Below are positions 28,250 to 37,358 of a stretch of 64,000 nucleotides of DNA, in pieces (position 1 is the stretch's first letter; every line of letters starts with the position of its first letter). The notes below the pieces were generated by a model. It was not told the origin of the DNA. It saw only the letters and a program-made list of their open reading frames with translations, and made no database searches. The DNA is taken from NCBI GenBank assembly GCA_913050005.1, contig CAJXBI010000002.1, forward strand, positions 9,540 through 73,539. Reading direction: 5' to 3'. Both the position numbers and the translations under genes were made by a program. Source of the stretch: an uncultured Bacteroidota bacterium. GTDB taxonomy: Bacteria > Bacteroidota > Bacteroidia > NS11-12g > UBA9320.

Positions 28250-30273
28250 GATCCTTTTAAATTTATTTTTTTTGAAGTAATAGTCCTTTTAGTTGATACT
28301 CTAATTACATAATAAAGTGCTGTAAAATTAGATAGATCTATTGTAGTTATATGTTCAGTATTTGTAGGGGTTGAAGAAGTTAAAACTAGCCTACCTAACA
28401 TATCATAAATTTCAATTTTTGCGTCACCATCATTTAGCTCTGGAATAAGAATATTAATCTTATCTGTTGTTGGATTAGGAAATATTTCAAAGTCTCGAGT
28501 AAACTCTACTGGAGACTCCTGAACATCCATCTGACCAACAATAAAATTCATCCTAAACTCTTTCCCAAAATCAGATGCAAAAGCATAAACCCCACCAGAT
28601 TGTTTGAAGACTCTAAATGAACCATTTGCTCTAGCAGTCTGACCTGTTTGGCGATATACCCACCAATCTAATCCGTCTTGATTATCGTCAGTAAGAAGTA
28701 TTTCGTAGCAACCATAAGGTAGCGTTATCTCTTCAATAAATGCTTTGTTTGGTTCAAAATCAGATTTTTGCCAAACAATCTCTCCTTTCTCATTGGTAAT
28801 CGTCAATTCGTTTTCCTGAGGATATCCATTAGTTCTTAGCATAATTCTAAAAGGCTCCCATCTTGGCACCAAATTAAATTGACTTATAAACCTATCATTC
28901 TCGCTATTTTCATCTATTACTTTTCCATTTGGTGCAACCAACTCTGCTATAAATTGGTTTGTACCCATAGACACCCCATCCCAATATGCAGAAGGTAGAT
29001 AAACCGTATCCATTTCTTCAAATGCTAAATTACCCGTCCATATTTCCGTTCTCATTTTTCCACCTAATACTCCATATCTGATTACAGCAGACTTCAATGA
29101 CTCATGTGAATTATTTTTAATAACAACGATTACTTGACCACATGAAGGATTGTAATTAATAAACTCACTATATGTAGAAGGTGCCATAATTGTATTTATC
29201 TCTGCATCAAATGAATAATTATCTGATCCGTAAAAAAATACAGTACTTGATATATTATGACTACTATTTCCTCCCCCCTCTTGGTTTACATAAGGTTCAA
29301 TATCCATGTCCAGTTCTATTGAGTCAGAATTTAAAAATGGGGTTAATTCCCAACGTTGTTCATGAACCTTATCTCCTGGACACCAGTTAGCTCTTGAATA
29401 TAAATATGTACCTCCTTGAGGTCTTACCGGAACAGCTCCACAATCATCTCTCCACATTCGATGTGCAAACTTTTCCTCACCATTCACTTTAAAATAGTAG
29501 TCTTTGTCACAAAATTCACCACAATTTGTGCCGGAATTATTACCATGACCTGTAACTAAAACTTTCGCTTGTGCTGATTTTGTACCATTCGGTATTTCCA
29601 TTTTTCTTGAAGGAATAACATCACGTTCAAATTGTTCCGTACTTTGATATCTACCACCTCGTGTGTAAAGATTTTTTACTGCAATTACAGAACGTTGAGG
29701 TGTCCCCTTGATAAATTCAAAATGTATATCAGCACTAAATCCAGCTGACCAACCATTATATTTAGCCCTTATTACAACACTATCTTTGAGTAAGCTAGCA
29801 TAATCTGTAACATCATATCTAAATGTATGATTCCAGCTGCTATCAAACCCGCTATTTCCATAAGATGGATTTCTAAAATTCATGTATGAACCATAGGGTG
29901 TGATAAATCTTCCAAGTTCATATGGCTCCAAAACATCAAAAACTCTCCAGGTAGTGTCAACAACTAACGGAGCTAATGATATTGTATCCAAATTACTAAC
30001 CGAACTATCTATAGTTCCTGTATTATGCATAATTTGAGTAAGAACATCATAATCCCAATCACTGCATCCTCCGTCTGCACAACCTAACGTGAAATACATG
30101 TAAATCTTTCGATATTCTGAGCCCTCTGTTGGAAAGTAAACTTTATTATCATAATTACCATGGTGATTCATTTGTGTGCTTTCATGTGCATATACTTGAG
30201 TAGTGTCCTCAGCCTGAGATAAAAAAGTAGACACTAAGGTGGTTAACAAAACATATAAAAATCTGTATTTCAT
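28246..30273 (-). CDS. Peptide-N-glycosidase F-related secreted protein with T9SS C-terminal sorting domain
   Basis: Signal peptide and a Cys-rich segment (CGEFCDKDYYFKVNGEEKFAHRMWRDDCGAVPVRPQGGTYLYSRANWCPGDKV) resembling the PNGase F C-terminal domain with its RAGWCPG-type motif. The tail FEIFPNPTTDKINILIP...YYVIRVSTKRTITSKKINLK is a Por secretion tail. Confidence 0.6.
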   Translation of the reverse strand: MKYRFLYVLLTTLVSTFLSQAEDTTQVYAHESTQMNHHGNYDNKVYFPTEGSEYRKIYMYFTLGCADGGCSDWDYDVLTQIMHNTGTIDSSVSNLDTISLAPLVVDTTWRVFDVLEPYELGRFITPYGSYMNFRNPSYGNSGFDSSWNHTFRYDVTDYASLLKDSVVIRAKYNGWSAGFSADIHFEFIKGTPQRSVIAVKNLYTRGGRYQSTEQFERDVIPSRKMEIPNGTKSAQAKVLVTGHGNNSGTNCGEFCDKDYYFKVNGEEKFAHRMWRDDCGAVPVRPQGGTYLYSRANWCPGDKVHEQRWELTPFLNSDSIELDMDIEPYVNQEGGGNSSHNISSTVFFYGSDNYSFDAEINTIMAPSTYSEFINYNPSCGQVIVVIKNNSHESLKSAVIRYGVLGGKMRTEIWTGNLAFEEMDTVYLPSAYWDGVSMGTNQFIAELVAPNGKVIDENSENDRFISQFNLVPRWEPFRIMLRTNGYPQENELTITNEKGEIVWQKSDFEPNKAFIEEITLPYGCYEILLTDDNQDGLDWWVYRQTGQTARANGSFRVFKQSGGVYAFASDFGKEFRMNFIVGQMDVQESPVEFTRDFEIFPNPTTDKINILIPELNDGDAKIEIYDMLGRLVLTSSTPTNTEHITTIDLSNFTALYYVIRVSTKRTITSKKINLKGS

Positions 30274-30291
30274 GGTATTAAAATTAATCTA

Positions 30292-30299
30292 CAAATATA
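30292..30299 (-). promoter_or_regulatory. -7 promoter box TATATTTG for the PNGase F-like gene
   Basis: Exact TAnnTTTG on the minus strand, 19 nt upstream of ATG 30273. Confidence 0.45.
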
Positions 30300-30372
30300 C
30301 AAAGGTTTGATGTATGAAATTACCCGTATTTAGGCAAAAAATAGAATAGAGAAAATGGTAAGACTTTACTTA

Positions 30373-31488
30373 TTATTCTATAGTTTTGTTTGTTCCTCTG
30401 CTAAACATAACAATACCAATAATTCCCAACAAAACAAAGCTAAATGATATCATTTCGGCTTGAGTGAAGTCCAAACCTAAAAAGTTATAATCTGGATTAA
30501 CACGAATTTTTTCAATCAAAAAACGTTCAACTCCTGCAAAAATTAAATAGATACAAAATAGAACTCCTGGTGCAAATCTTTTGCGGATAGACCATAGTAT
30601 AAAAAATAATGAAAGTGCCATTATAACCTCGTAAAAAGGGGTTGGCCAAACCGGATTTTCTAGGGTAATACCATGAACATTTCCTTCATAATTATATGCC
30701 CATGCCCAATCTGGAAGCCAATTTAACCAGTTTGGTTTGGGGGCAAAATTCTCTACACCCCAATCACCATCACCACTCACATGACAACCCATTCTTCCTA
30801 TCCCATATGCTAACATCAATGCCGGGCCACCAAGATCTATCATTTGTTTCCAATGAACACCATTCTTGCCAGCGTACCAGAGAACTCCAATTGTGCCACC
30901 TATCAAACCCCCAAAAAATGTCAAACCACTGAATGGATCTCTGAATAATACCATTGGGTCGGCGAATAATTCCTCATAATACTCAAGATGGTGAAACAAC
31001 TTAGCCCCTGTAAATCCAGTAAGTGCGGCAATAAATGTCAAATTACTGACAATCATATATGGATGGTATGTAACGGTTTGGTTAGGATCTAGCTCGCCTT
31101 CTTTTACGTACTGATAATATCTATAGCCAGCAAAAGAACACATCATAACTATACCCCATAACCAAGATCCCTCACTTGATATTAAAAATGCTTGAGGATT
31201 ATCTGATAAATCACTAAAGTTTAATCCAAGGTGTATTATTTTGAATCCAATTAGAAAACCTACCAAACCATTTGTGATAAGCTCACGAATGAGGTTTGGT
31301 TTCTTTACTTTCTTTTGAACCGACTTTAGAACACCATCTTTCTCTAATCGTTTAAACTCAAGTGTAATAACCCAACTTGCCGCTAAAAAAGCTAGAGCAA
31401 CAAAAAAACCAAACATCATCACTATTTTAAATGCAGGTACAGAAACACCGAAGAGATCGAATACAGCATGATATAATGTTGGGTACAT
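30373..31488 (-). CDS. lgt: Prolipoprotein diacylglyceryl transferase (long paralog)
   Basis: 371 aa and polytopic, with Lgt motifs FSGLTFFGGLIGG and GRMGCHVSGDGDWG. It is about 100 aa longer than the paralog at 7388..8194. Confidence 0.75.
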   Translation of the reverse strand: MYPTLYHAVFDLFGVSVPAFKIVMMFGFFVALAFLAASWVITLEFKRLEKDGVLKSVQKKVKKPNLIRELITNGLVGFLIGFKIIHLGLNFSDLSDNPQAFLISSEGSWLWGIVMMCSFAGYRYYQYVKEGELDPNQTVTYHPYMIVSNLTFIAALTGFTGAKLFHHLEYYEELFADPMVLFRDPFSGLTFFGGLIGGTIGVLWYAGKNGVHWKQMIDLGGPALMLAYGIGRMGCHVSGDGDWGVENFAPKPNWLNWLPDWAWAYNYEGNVHGITLENPVWPTPFYEVIMALSLFFILWSIRKRFAPGVLFCIYLIFAGVERFLIEKIRVNPDYNFLGLDFTQAEMISFSFVLLGIIGIVMFSRGTNKTIE

Positions 31489-31685
31489 AACTATTTTATT
31501 GGTGCGAATTTAGCAAGCAAAAATTCATTTTAATACTAAAATTAAACTATCTTAAACTTTTGATCTATAAATTCTGAATATGCAGATTGTAACTGAATAT
31601 TCTTATTTTTATTTTACTTTATTAATATACATGTTAAATATACCTTTCACAATCAAATAATTACTTGCTTAACTTCAACCAAAAC

Positions 31686-33008
31686 TTATTCTGCAATTTT
31701 ATACAAATCAACTTTTGATTTTGATAATGCCCTTCCACTGACAGCTATATCATCAAAGTGTTGACTTTGAATAGTATTGACTTTACTTGAATCATAGGGT
31801 GTTTCGAATCGAACATAGTTTTCTGAAAAACCCTGCATTGAATTCTCACCGTGCTTTTCCTCTTCCCACAAGACTTGCATCGTTCTTCCAAGTTGCGATT
31901 CATAAAAATGCCTTTTCTTCTTTGTGCTGAGAATCCTCAATCGTTCTGCACGGTCAGTTTTTTCCGATTTTAAGACCTTATTGGGTAATTTTTTTGCGGT
32001 TGTATTATTCCTTTCTGAATAGGGAAAAACGTGCAGATAGCTCACGTCCAATGAATTAATAAACTCATATGTACTTAAAAAGTGTTCCTCAGATTCACCC
32101 GGAAAACCAACAATCACATCAACACCAATGCAGCAATTAGGCATTTTAGCTTTAATTCTTTCAATTCGATCTCGATATAAATTACTCAAATATTTTCTCC
32201 TCATTTTTATTAATATTTCATCATTACCACTTTGCAATGGAATATGGAAATGAGGAACAATTTTTTTACTCTGAGCAACAAAATCAATAATCTTATTACT
32301 TAATAGATTAGGTTCAATACTGCTTATACGAAATCGTTCGATACCCTCCACTTTATCCAATTCTAACAATAAATCATAAAATGTTTCCTTATAATTTTGT
32401 TGAGCACCAAAATCACCAATATTAACACCAGTTAGTACAACCTCTTTAATATTTTTGGATGCAACTTCTTTTGCTTTTTCTAGTGTTTCTTGAATTGATA
32501 TATTTCTACTCTTCCCTCTAGCTAGTGGTATCGTGCAAAATGAGCAGAAGTAATCACACCCATCTTGAACTTTGAGAAAACTCCTAGTTCTGTCTCCCAT
32601 ACTATGGGCTGGCACAAAGTTTAGAGTCTCTTTTATATTTTTATTATGAACAATGGCCTTTACCTCTTTCTCCAGAGAATGAAGGTGTTCAATCATATTA
32701 AATTTCTCTGCAGCACCAAGAACCATGTCAACTCCTGGAATATTTGAAATTTCCTTTGGTTTAAGTTGCGCATAACATCCTATTACTACGACATATGCGT
32801 GAGGATTTTGTTTAAGGACTCCCTTAACAGTATTTCGACATTTTTTATCTGCATTATCAGTTACCGAACAAGTATTAATAATGTATATATCTGCCTTTTC
32901 TGAAAAATCCACTCGAGTAAATCCGTTATTCTCTAATTGTCTAACAATCGTACTGCTCTCAGAAAAATTCAGCTTACAACCAAGTGTATGAATAGCTACT
33001 AAAGACAT
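31686..33008 (-). CDS. mtaB: tRNA t6A37 methylthiotransferase MtaB (radical SAM)
   Basis: The canonical N-terminus MSLVAIHTLGCKLNFSES begins at ATG 33008. Radical SAM motif CDYFCSFCTIP. The C-terminal TRAM region is present. Confidence 0.8.
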   Translation of the reverse strand: MSLVAIHTLGCKLNFSESSTIVRQLENNGFTRVDFSEKADIYIINTCSVTDNADKKCRNTVKGVLKQNPHAYVVVIGCYAQLKPKEISNIPGVDMVLGAAEKFNMIEHLHSLEKEVKAIVHNKNIKETLNFVPAHSMGDRTRSFLKVQDGCDYFCSFCTIPLARGKSRNISIQETLEKAKEVASKNIKEVVLTGVNIGDFGAQQNYKETFYDLLLELDKVEGIERFRISSIEPNLLSNKIIDFVAQSKKIVPHFHIPLQSGNDEILIKMRRKYLSNLYRDRIERIKAKMPNCCIGVDVIVGFPGESEEHFLSTYEFINSLDVSYLHVFPYSERNNTTAKKLPNKVLKSEKTDRAERLRILSTKKKRHFYESQLGRTMQVLWEEEKHGENSMQGFSENYVRFETPYDSSKVNTIQSQHFDDIAVSGRALSKSKVDLYKIAE

Positions 33009-33013
33009 AAATG

Positions 33014-33021
33014 CAAATTTA
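33014..33021 (-). promoter_or_regulatory. -7 box TAAATTTG immediately upstream of the mtaB ATG (possible very short or leaderless 5' UTR)
   Basis: Exact TAnnTTTG ending 6 nt before ATG 33008. It lies inside the N-terminal extension proposed by the ORF track. Confidence 0.35.
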
Positions 33022-33115
33022 ATTAACCTCAATGATTTCAAATTGAAATATTTTTCAATTAAGAAAGTAACTGTTTGTTGAACTCTTTTAATACTAATTC
33101 GTTAATAGGTTAATC

Positions 33116-33982
33116 ATGCAAGAAAGAACAATCGAACAAATCATACCATCGCAAAAAGTAAATATGGGTGGTCATATTATAGATCAACCATTACCAACTC
33201 GTCAGATTGATAATTTAGATCCGTTTATATTGGTTCATCACTGGCACAATCATCTTCCAGGCAAACAAAAACCTCAAGAGGAAGGTGTTGGACCACACCC
33301 TCATTGTGGATTTAGTCCAGTAACATTTATTTTTACAGGTGCCATTGAGCATAGAGATAGTCTTGGGAATCGAGCAATTGTAGAAAACGGAGGCACACAG
33401 TGGATGTTTTCTGGAAGAGGAATAACGCACAGTGAGCGGTTCCCGAAAAAACTTGTCGAAGGAGGTGGTGAGTTAGAATTTATTCAATTTTGGGTGAACG
33501 CACCTGCTAAATTTAAAAACGAACCTCCTTATTACCAACCCATAAGCATGTCAGAAACACCATTATCTAAAGAAGATAAAAGCAAGGTTTGGGTAGTTAG
33601 TGGCGAATACAGAGGATTAAAAGGGATAGCTCCAACATATAGCCCTCAACTTCTACTTCGTGGTGAAGTAGAAAAGGGTGGCAAATTAGAAATTCCTATT
33701 CCGCAATCATACAATGCACTTTTATATGTTCTCAATGGAGACTTAAATCTAAATGGCACTTATTTAAAATCTAAGGAAATGGGCATTCTTAATCATGACG
33801 GAGATGGTGTGAAAGTTGAAGCCAATGAAAACACTCGATTTATTATCCTCAGTGGAGAACCTATCAATGAACCTATTGCAACTTATGGTCCTTTTGTAAT
33901 GAATACTCAAGCCCAGTTAATGGAAGCTTTAAAGAAAGCACAAATGGGTAAAATGGGCGTTTTGATTGAGGAGTTCGAGTAA
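33116..33982 (+). CDS. Pirin family protein
   Basis: Bicupin, 288 aa. It has the metal-site pattern HPHCGFSPVTF...E typical of pirins. Confidence 0.8.
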   Translation: MQERTIEQIIPSQKVNMGGHIIDQPLPTRQIDNLDPFILVHHWHNHLPGKQKPQEEGVGPHPHCGFSPVTFIFTGAIEHRDSLGNRAIVENGGTQWMFSGRGITHSERFPKKLVEGGGELEFIQFWVNAPAKFKNEPPYYQPISMSETPLSKEDKSKVWVVSGEYRGLKGIAPTYSPQLLLRGEVEKGGKLEIPIPQSYNALLYVLNGDLNLNGTYLKSKEMGILNHDGDGVKVEANENTRFIILSGEPINEPIATYGPFVMNTQAQLMEALKKAQMGKMGVLIEEFE

Positions 33983-33985
33983 AAA

Positions 33986-35020
33986 TTATTTTTTCTTAAG
34001 GGTAAAGCCAAATGTGCTGCCAATTCCAACACTGCTTCTCACGTTAATGATTTGATTGTGGGCTTCAATGATATATTTAACTATTGCAAGCCCCAAACCA
34101 CTACCACCTTCGTCTCTACTCCTCCCTTTGTCTGTTCTGTAAAAACGTTCGAATAAACGCGGCAGATGTTCTTCCGCTATGCCTTGTCCATTGTCTGACA
34201 CCTCTATTAAAATGTTCTCATCCATATCATAAAATCCAATTTCAACGACACCTCCATTCTTGCCATATTTAATTGCATTTACTACTAGATTAATTAATAC
34301 TTGTCTAATCTTGGCTTGATCAGCATAAACATAAACTTGTTTGGGGTTTTGATGTTTGAATTTTAATTCTATTTTTTGACTTACAGCTTTATTTTCTACA
34401 ATTTCAAAGACTTCATTTGTCAATTTAATGATATCAAATTCAACAAATTCTAACGTTGGATTTTTACCCTGAAGTACATTAATATTTGTCAATTCATCTA
34501 CAAGCTCTATTAGACGATTTGTACTATTACTTGCTTTTATTAAAAATAATTGATTTACAGACTCATCTTCCAATGCACCGTCTAATAATGTATGGATATA
34601 ACCTTGAATACTTTGTATGGGTGTTTTTAATTCATGAGAAACATTGCCTAAAAATTCACCAATGTATTTTTCTAATTCTTTTAAATCATTGACCTCTTTT
34701 TGATTTTTTTCAATCCACTCAAGTACATCCTTACTTACTGCTTCTAGTGGGTCAGATTCGTTTTTATACTTGTCTAGTAAATCAATGTCTTGGTTAGTTT
34801 TGAACTGATAAATATTTCTATATATGGTCTTTATCTTATCGTAGATAAAACGATTTAATATTAGATAAAAAATGAAGTAACAAAGTAATAAGACAATGCA
34901 GAAATTAATAACAATGGGTAAAATCTTTTCAGAAAATATCGCTACACCAATTGATGATACAATTGCTGCTGTAACACTAACAATAAAAGCTATCGCACCA
35001 GGGCTTGTTACATTTCTCAC
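33986..35020 (-). CDS. Sensor histidine kinase (two TM helices with a minimal external loop)
   Basis: H-box SHELKTP, N-box NAIKYG, G1 DNGQGI and G2 GGSGLGLAIV. The N-terminus has two TM helices joined by about 3 residues. Confidence 0.85.
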   Translation of the reverse strand: MRNVTSPGAIAFIVSVTAAIVSSIGVAIFSEKILPIVINFCIVLLLCYFIFYLILNRFIYDKIKTIYRNIYQFKTNQDIDLLDKYKNESDPLEAVSKDVLEWIEKNQKEVNDLKELEKYIGEFLGNVSHELKTPIQSIQGYIHTLLDGALEDESVNQLFLIKASNSTNRLIELVDELTNINVLQGKNPTLEFVEFDIIKLTNEVFEIVENKAVSQKIELKFKHQNPKQVYVYADQAKIRQVLINLVVNAIKYGKNGGVVEIGFYDMDENILIEVSDNGQGIAEEHLPRLFERFYRTDKGRSRDEGGSGLGLAIVKYIIEAHNQIINVRSSVGIGSTFGFTLKKK

Positions 35021-35688
35021 AATACAAACTTATATCCTACGCCTTTAATTGTCTTAATTTTTTCGTCACCAACTTTTTCTCTGATCTTTCTGATGTGAAC
35101 ATCAATTGTTCGATCAATTACGCTTACGTCTGTTCCCCAGATTTTGCTAAGGATACTTTCTCTCCTAAAAACTTTGTCAGGTTTTGACGCAAGAAGAAAC
35201 AATAATTCAAACTCTTTCTTCGGTAAAGTAAAGTGCTTGTTTTGTAATGAAACTTTGAATGTATCTCGGTCAATAATTAAGTCACCATGTTGAATTTGAC
35301 TGATCGTGTGTTGATCTTTTTTCCTTGAGAATATAGCCTTAATTCTACTGATAAGCACCCGTGGCTTTATGGGCTTCATAATATAATCATCAGCCCCAGC
35401 CTCAAAACCAGCAATTTCTGAATATTCCTCTGATCTTGCTGTTAAAAATATAATAAACTTATCACTAAGACTAGGTTTCGATTTAATTGCTCGACAAGTC
35501 TCTATGCCGTCCAATTCAGGCATCATAATATCCAGTATTATCAAATCAGGCTCTTTCTTTATTGCTATTTCAAGACCTGCTGCTCCATTATTTGCCGAAT
35601 AACATTTATACCCTTCTTTTTCAAGATTATATCTCAGTAATTCAACAATATCCTGATCATCTTCAACGATTAATATCTTTTTTGCCAT
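35017..35688 (-). CDS. OmpR/PhoB-family response regulator
   Basis: Receiver domain (DIMMPELDG) plus a C-terminal winged helix (IDVHIRKIREK...GVGYKF). It overlaps the kinase start by 4 nt. Confidence 0.9.
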   Translation of the reverse strand: MAKKILIVEDDQDIVELLRYNLEKEGYKCYSANNGAAGLEIAIKKEPDLIILDIMMPELDGIETCRAIKSKPSLSDKFIIFLTARSEEYSEIAGFEAGADDYIMKPIKPRVLISRIKAIFSRKKDQHTISQIQHGDLIIDRDTFKVSLQNKHFTLPKKEFELLFLLASKPDKVFRRESILSKIWGTDVSVIDRTIDVHIRKIREKVGDEKIKTIKGVGYKFVL

Positions 35689-35727
35689 TATAGTATTACA
35701 ATGATTGTAGTAGTTTAAAACTTGTAC

Positions 35728-35755
35728 GTTATAACAAAGTTAACAGAATGTTAAC
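35728..35755. promoter_or_regulatory. Three phased repeats, GTTATAAC / GTTAAC / GTTAAC, with 11-bp periodicity upstream of the two-component operon
   Basis: Units start at 35728, 35739 and 35750, spaced exactly 11 bp apart. They lie 40-67 bp upstream of the response regulator ATG at 35688. Confidence 0.4.
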
Positions 35756-35763
35756 TCGCTCAT

Positions 35764-36186
35764 TTAATCTATTGTATTTTTAATGATTCGAGTAAAGCCA
35801 ACTAAATCATTAAGATTATTTTCTGACCGCTCTATATAACTGTGAGCTGTCACCTTTGTCATAGTACATTTTTTTTGGATTTGAGTGATATCAAAAGCCA
35901 GTTGAGTTTGATTGGGATTGGACAACATTGAATCGAATTTCATAGTGTACACACTGTCATTTTCCCAATTTATTTTGAATCTTACCAGCAAACCATCTTG
36001 CAAGAGAAATTCTTCTTGATAGTCTGTAGTTCTATGAATTAAGTATTTGAATGAACCCTCAGAATAATGAAAATTACCTACTTTCCATTCTTGAAATTGT
36101 TCCTGATTTTGGTTATCAACTTGTTTGTTGTCCACTTGATTACAAGCGAATAAAAAAACAAAAAATAATACCCAATAAAATTTCAC
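35764..36186 (-). CDS. Hypothetical lipoprotein
   Basis: Signal peptide with lipobox (FLFACNQ). 140 aa with no recognisable domain. Confidence 0.5.
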   Translation of the reverse strand: MKFYWVLFFVFLFACNQVDNKQVDNQNQEQFQEWKVGNFHYSEGSFKYLIHRTTDYQEEFLLQDGLLVRFKINWENDSVYTMKFDSMLSNPNQTQLAFDITQIQKKCTMTKVTAHSYIERSENNLNDLVGFTRIIKNTID

Positions 36187-36188
36187 AA

Positions 36189-37331
36189 TTAATCTAATAA
36201 TGGGATAATTAGAGCTTCCAACTGATTACTTCTAAAGCCGGATTTTACTACTCTACCCTGGCGATCAAGCAAGAAAGTAGCAGGGATAGAACGCACTTTA
36301 TACAGCTGTGCTGCTGATGATTTCCAGCCCTTTAGATCACTAACATGTTTCCAAGTTAACCCGTCTTTTTGAATAGCTGCCTTCCAGTTAGCTTCCTTAG
36401 AATCCAGTGAAACACCATATATTTCAAAACCTTTGTCTTTATACTTCTCGTAAATTGCCTTAACATGAGGGTTTTCCCTTCGACACGGTCCGCACCAGCT
36501 CGCCCAAAAGTCAATCAGAACTACTTTACCTTTTAAAGAAGACAATGCCAATGAATCTCCTTGGGGTGTTTTTAGTATTATTTCTGGAGCAATTACACCA
36601 TTGGTGGTGGGTCCCAACTTATCAATCGTTTTTCCTAGGCTGGCAGTATAACTCGAATTTGGAAAATCCTTTCTTAATTTCTCATAAGCCATTATAAGTA
36701 TACTTGGGATGGGTTGATTAAATAAATATTTTGCAGCAAAATACGTTGCAGGGGTGGTCGGTTCTGTTTTTACAAAATCCTCAATATCAGCTGTTCTCTT
36801 TTTTATTAAATCATTGTATTTCTTAGTCGTTTCTGCGGTGACATTAGCAGAAGCTGTTTGGGGATCAATCGCCTCAACTTCTTTGTTAAATGCCGTCATC
36901 GTTCGTTCAAAATCAGTATAAATTTTAAATATTTTATACATAGATGCATTGTATTTACCTCCACTAATTGACGCATCTAAAAACTCATCTTTCGATATTT
37001 TTAATGACAATTTTGCTCCTTTCTCTATAATTAATGGAACACCAGGAGGACGCGTATTCCCGATAGTTATATAATACAACGTACTCTCGTCATATCCATT
37101 TCCCAAGAATTCAAAAGATCCGTTTATATCAGCATAAGAACTATCAATTATCTGTAATTGAACATCCGTAATTTTACTTAAAATGAATAGTGTATTTTGT
37201 GGAAGATTTGAATTGCCTTTGATAATAAAATCTGATTTAACTTGAGATGAAGTACAACCCATCATTACTGAAGAAGCTACCACTATTGTAACTGTCAAAA
37301 ACCACCGCTGGATATTTTTTATAAATTTCAT
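36189..37331 (-). CDS. TlpA-family thiol:disulfide oxidoreductase lipoprotein
   Basis: Lipobox MMGCTSS, an N-terminal accessory domain and a C-terminal thioredoxin fold with WASWCGPC. Confidence 0.85.
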   Translation of the reverse strand: MKFIKNIQRWFLTVTIVVASSVMMGCTSSQVKSDFIIKGNSNLPQNTLFILSKITDVQLQIIDSSYADINGSFEFLGNGYDESTLYYITIGNTRPPGVPLIIEKGAKLSLKISKDEFLDASISGGKYNASMYKIFKIYTDFERTMTAFNKEVEAIDPQTASANVTAETTKKYNDLIKKRTADIEDFVKTEPTTPATYFAAKYLFNQPIPSILIMAYEKLRKDFPNSSYTASLGKTIDKLGPTTNGVIAPEIILKTPQGDSLALSSLKGKVVLIDFWASWCGPCRRENPHVKAIYEKYKDKGFEIYGVSLDSKEANWKAAIQKDGLTWKHVSDLKGWKSSAAQLYKVRSIPATFLLDRQGRVVKSGFRSNQLEALIIPLLD

Positions 37332-37358
37332 TTTTATTATTAACGTATACTAAACTGG

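Noticed and set aside
31489-31685. 197-bp spacer between the long lgt and mtaB, checked for an RNA gene or repeats. It contains CTGAATAT twice and a 6-bp GAATAT/ATATTC palindrome.
   Set aside because: The signals are short and AT-rich, which is consistent with chance. The spacer most simply holds the lgt promoter region (near-consensus TAAATTCG) and the mtaB 3' end.
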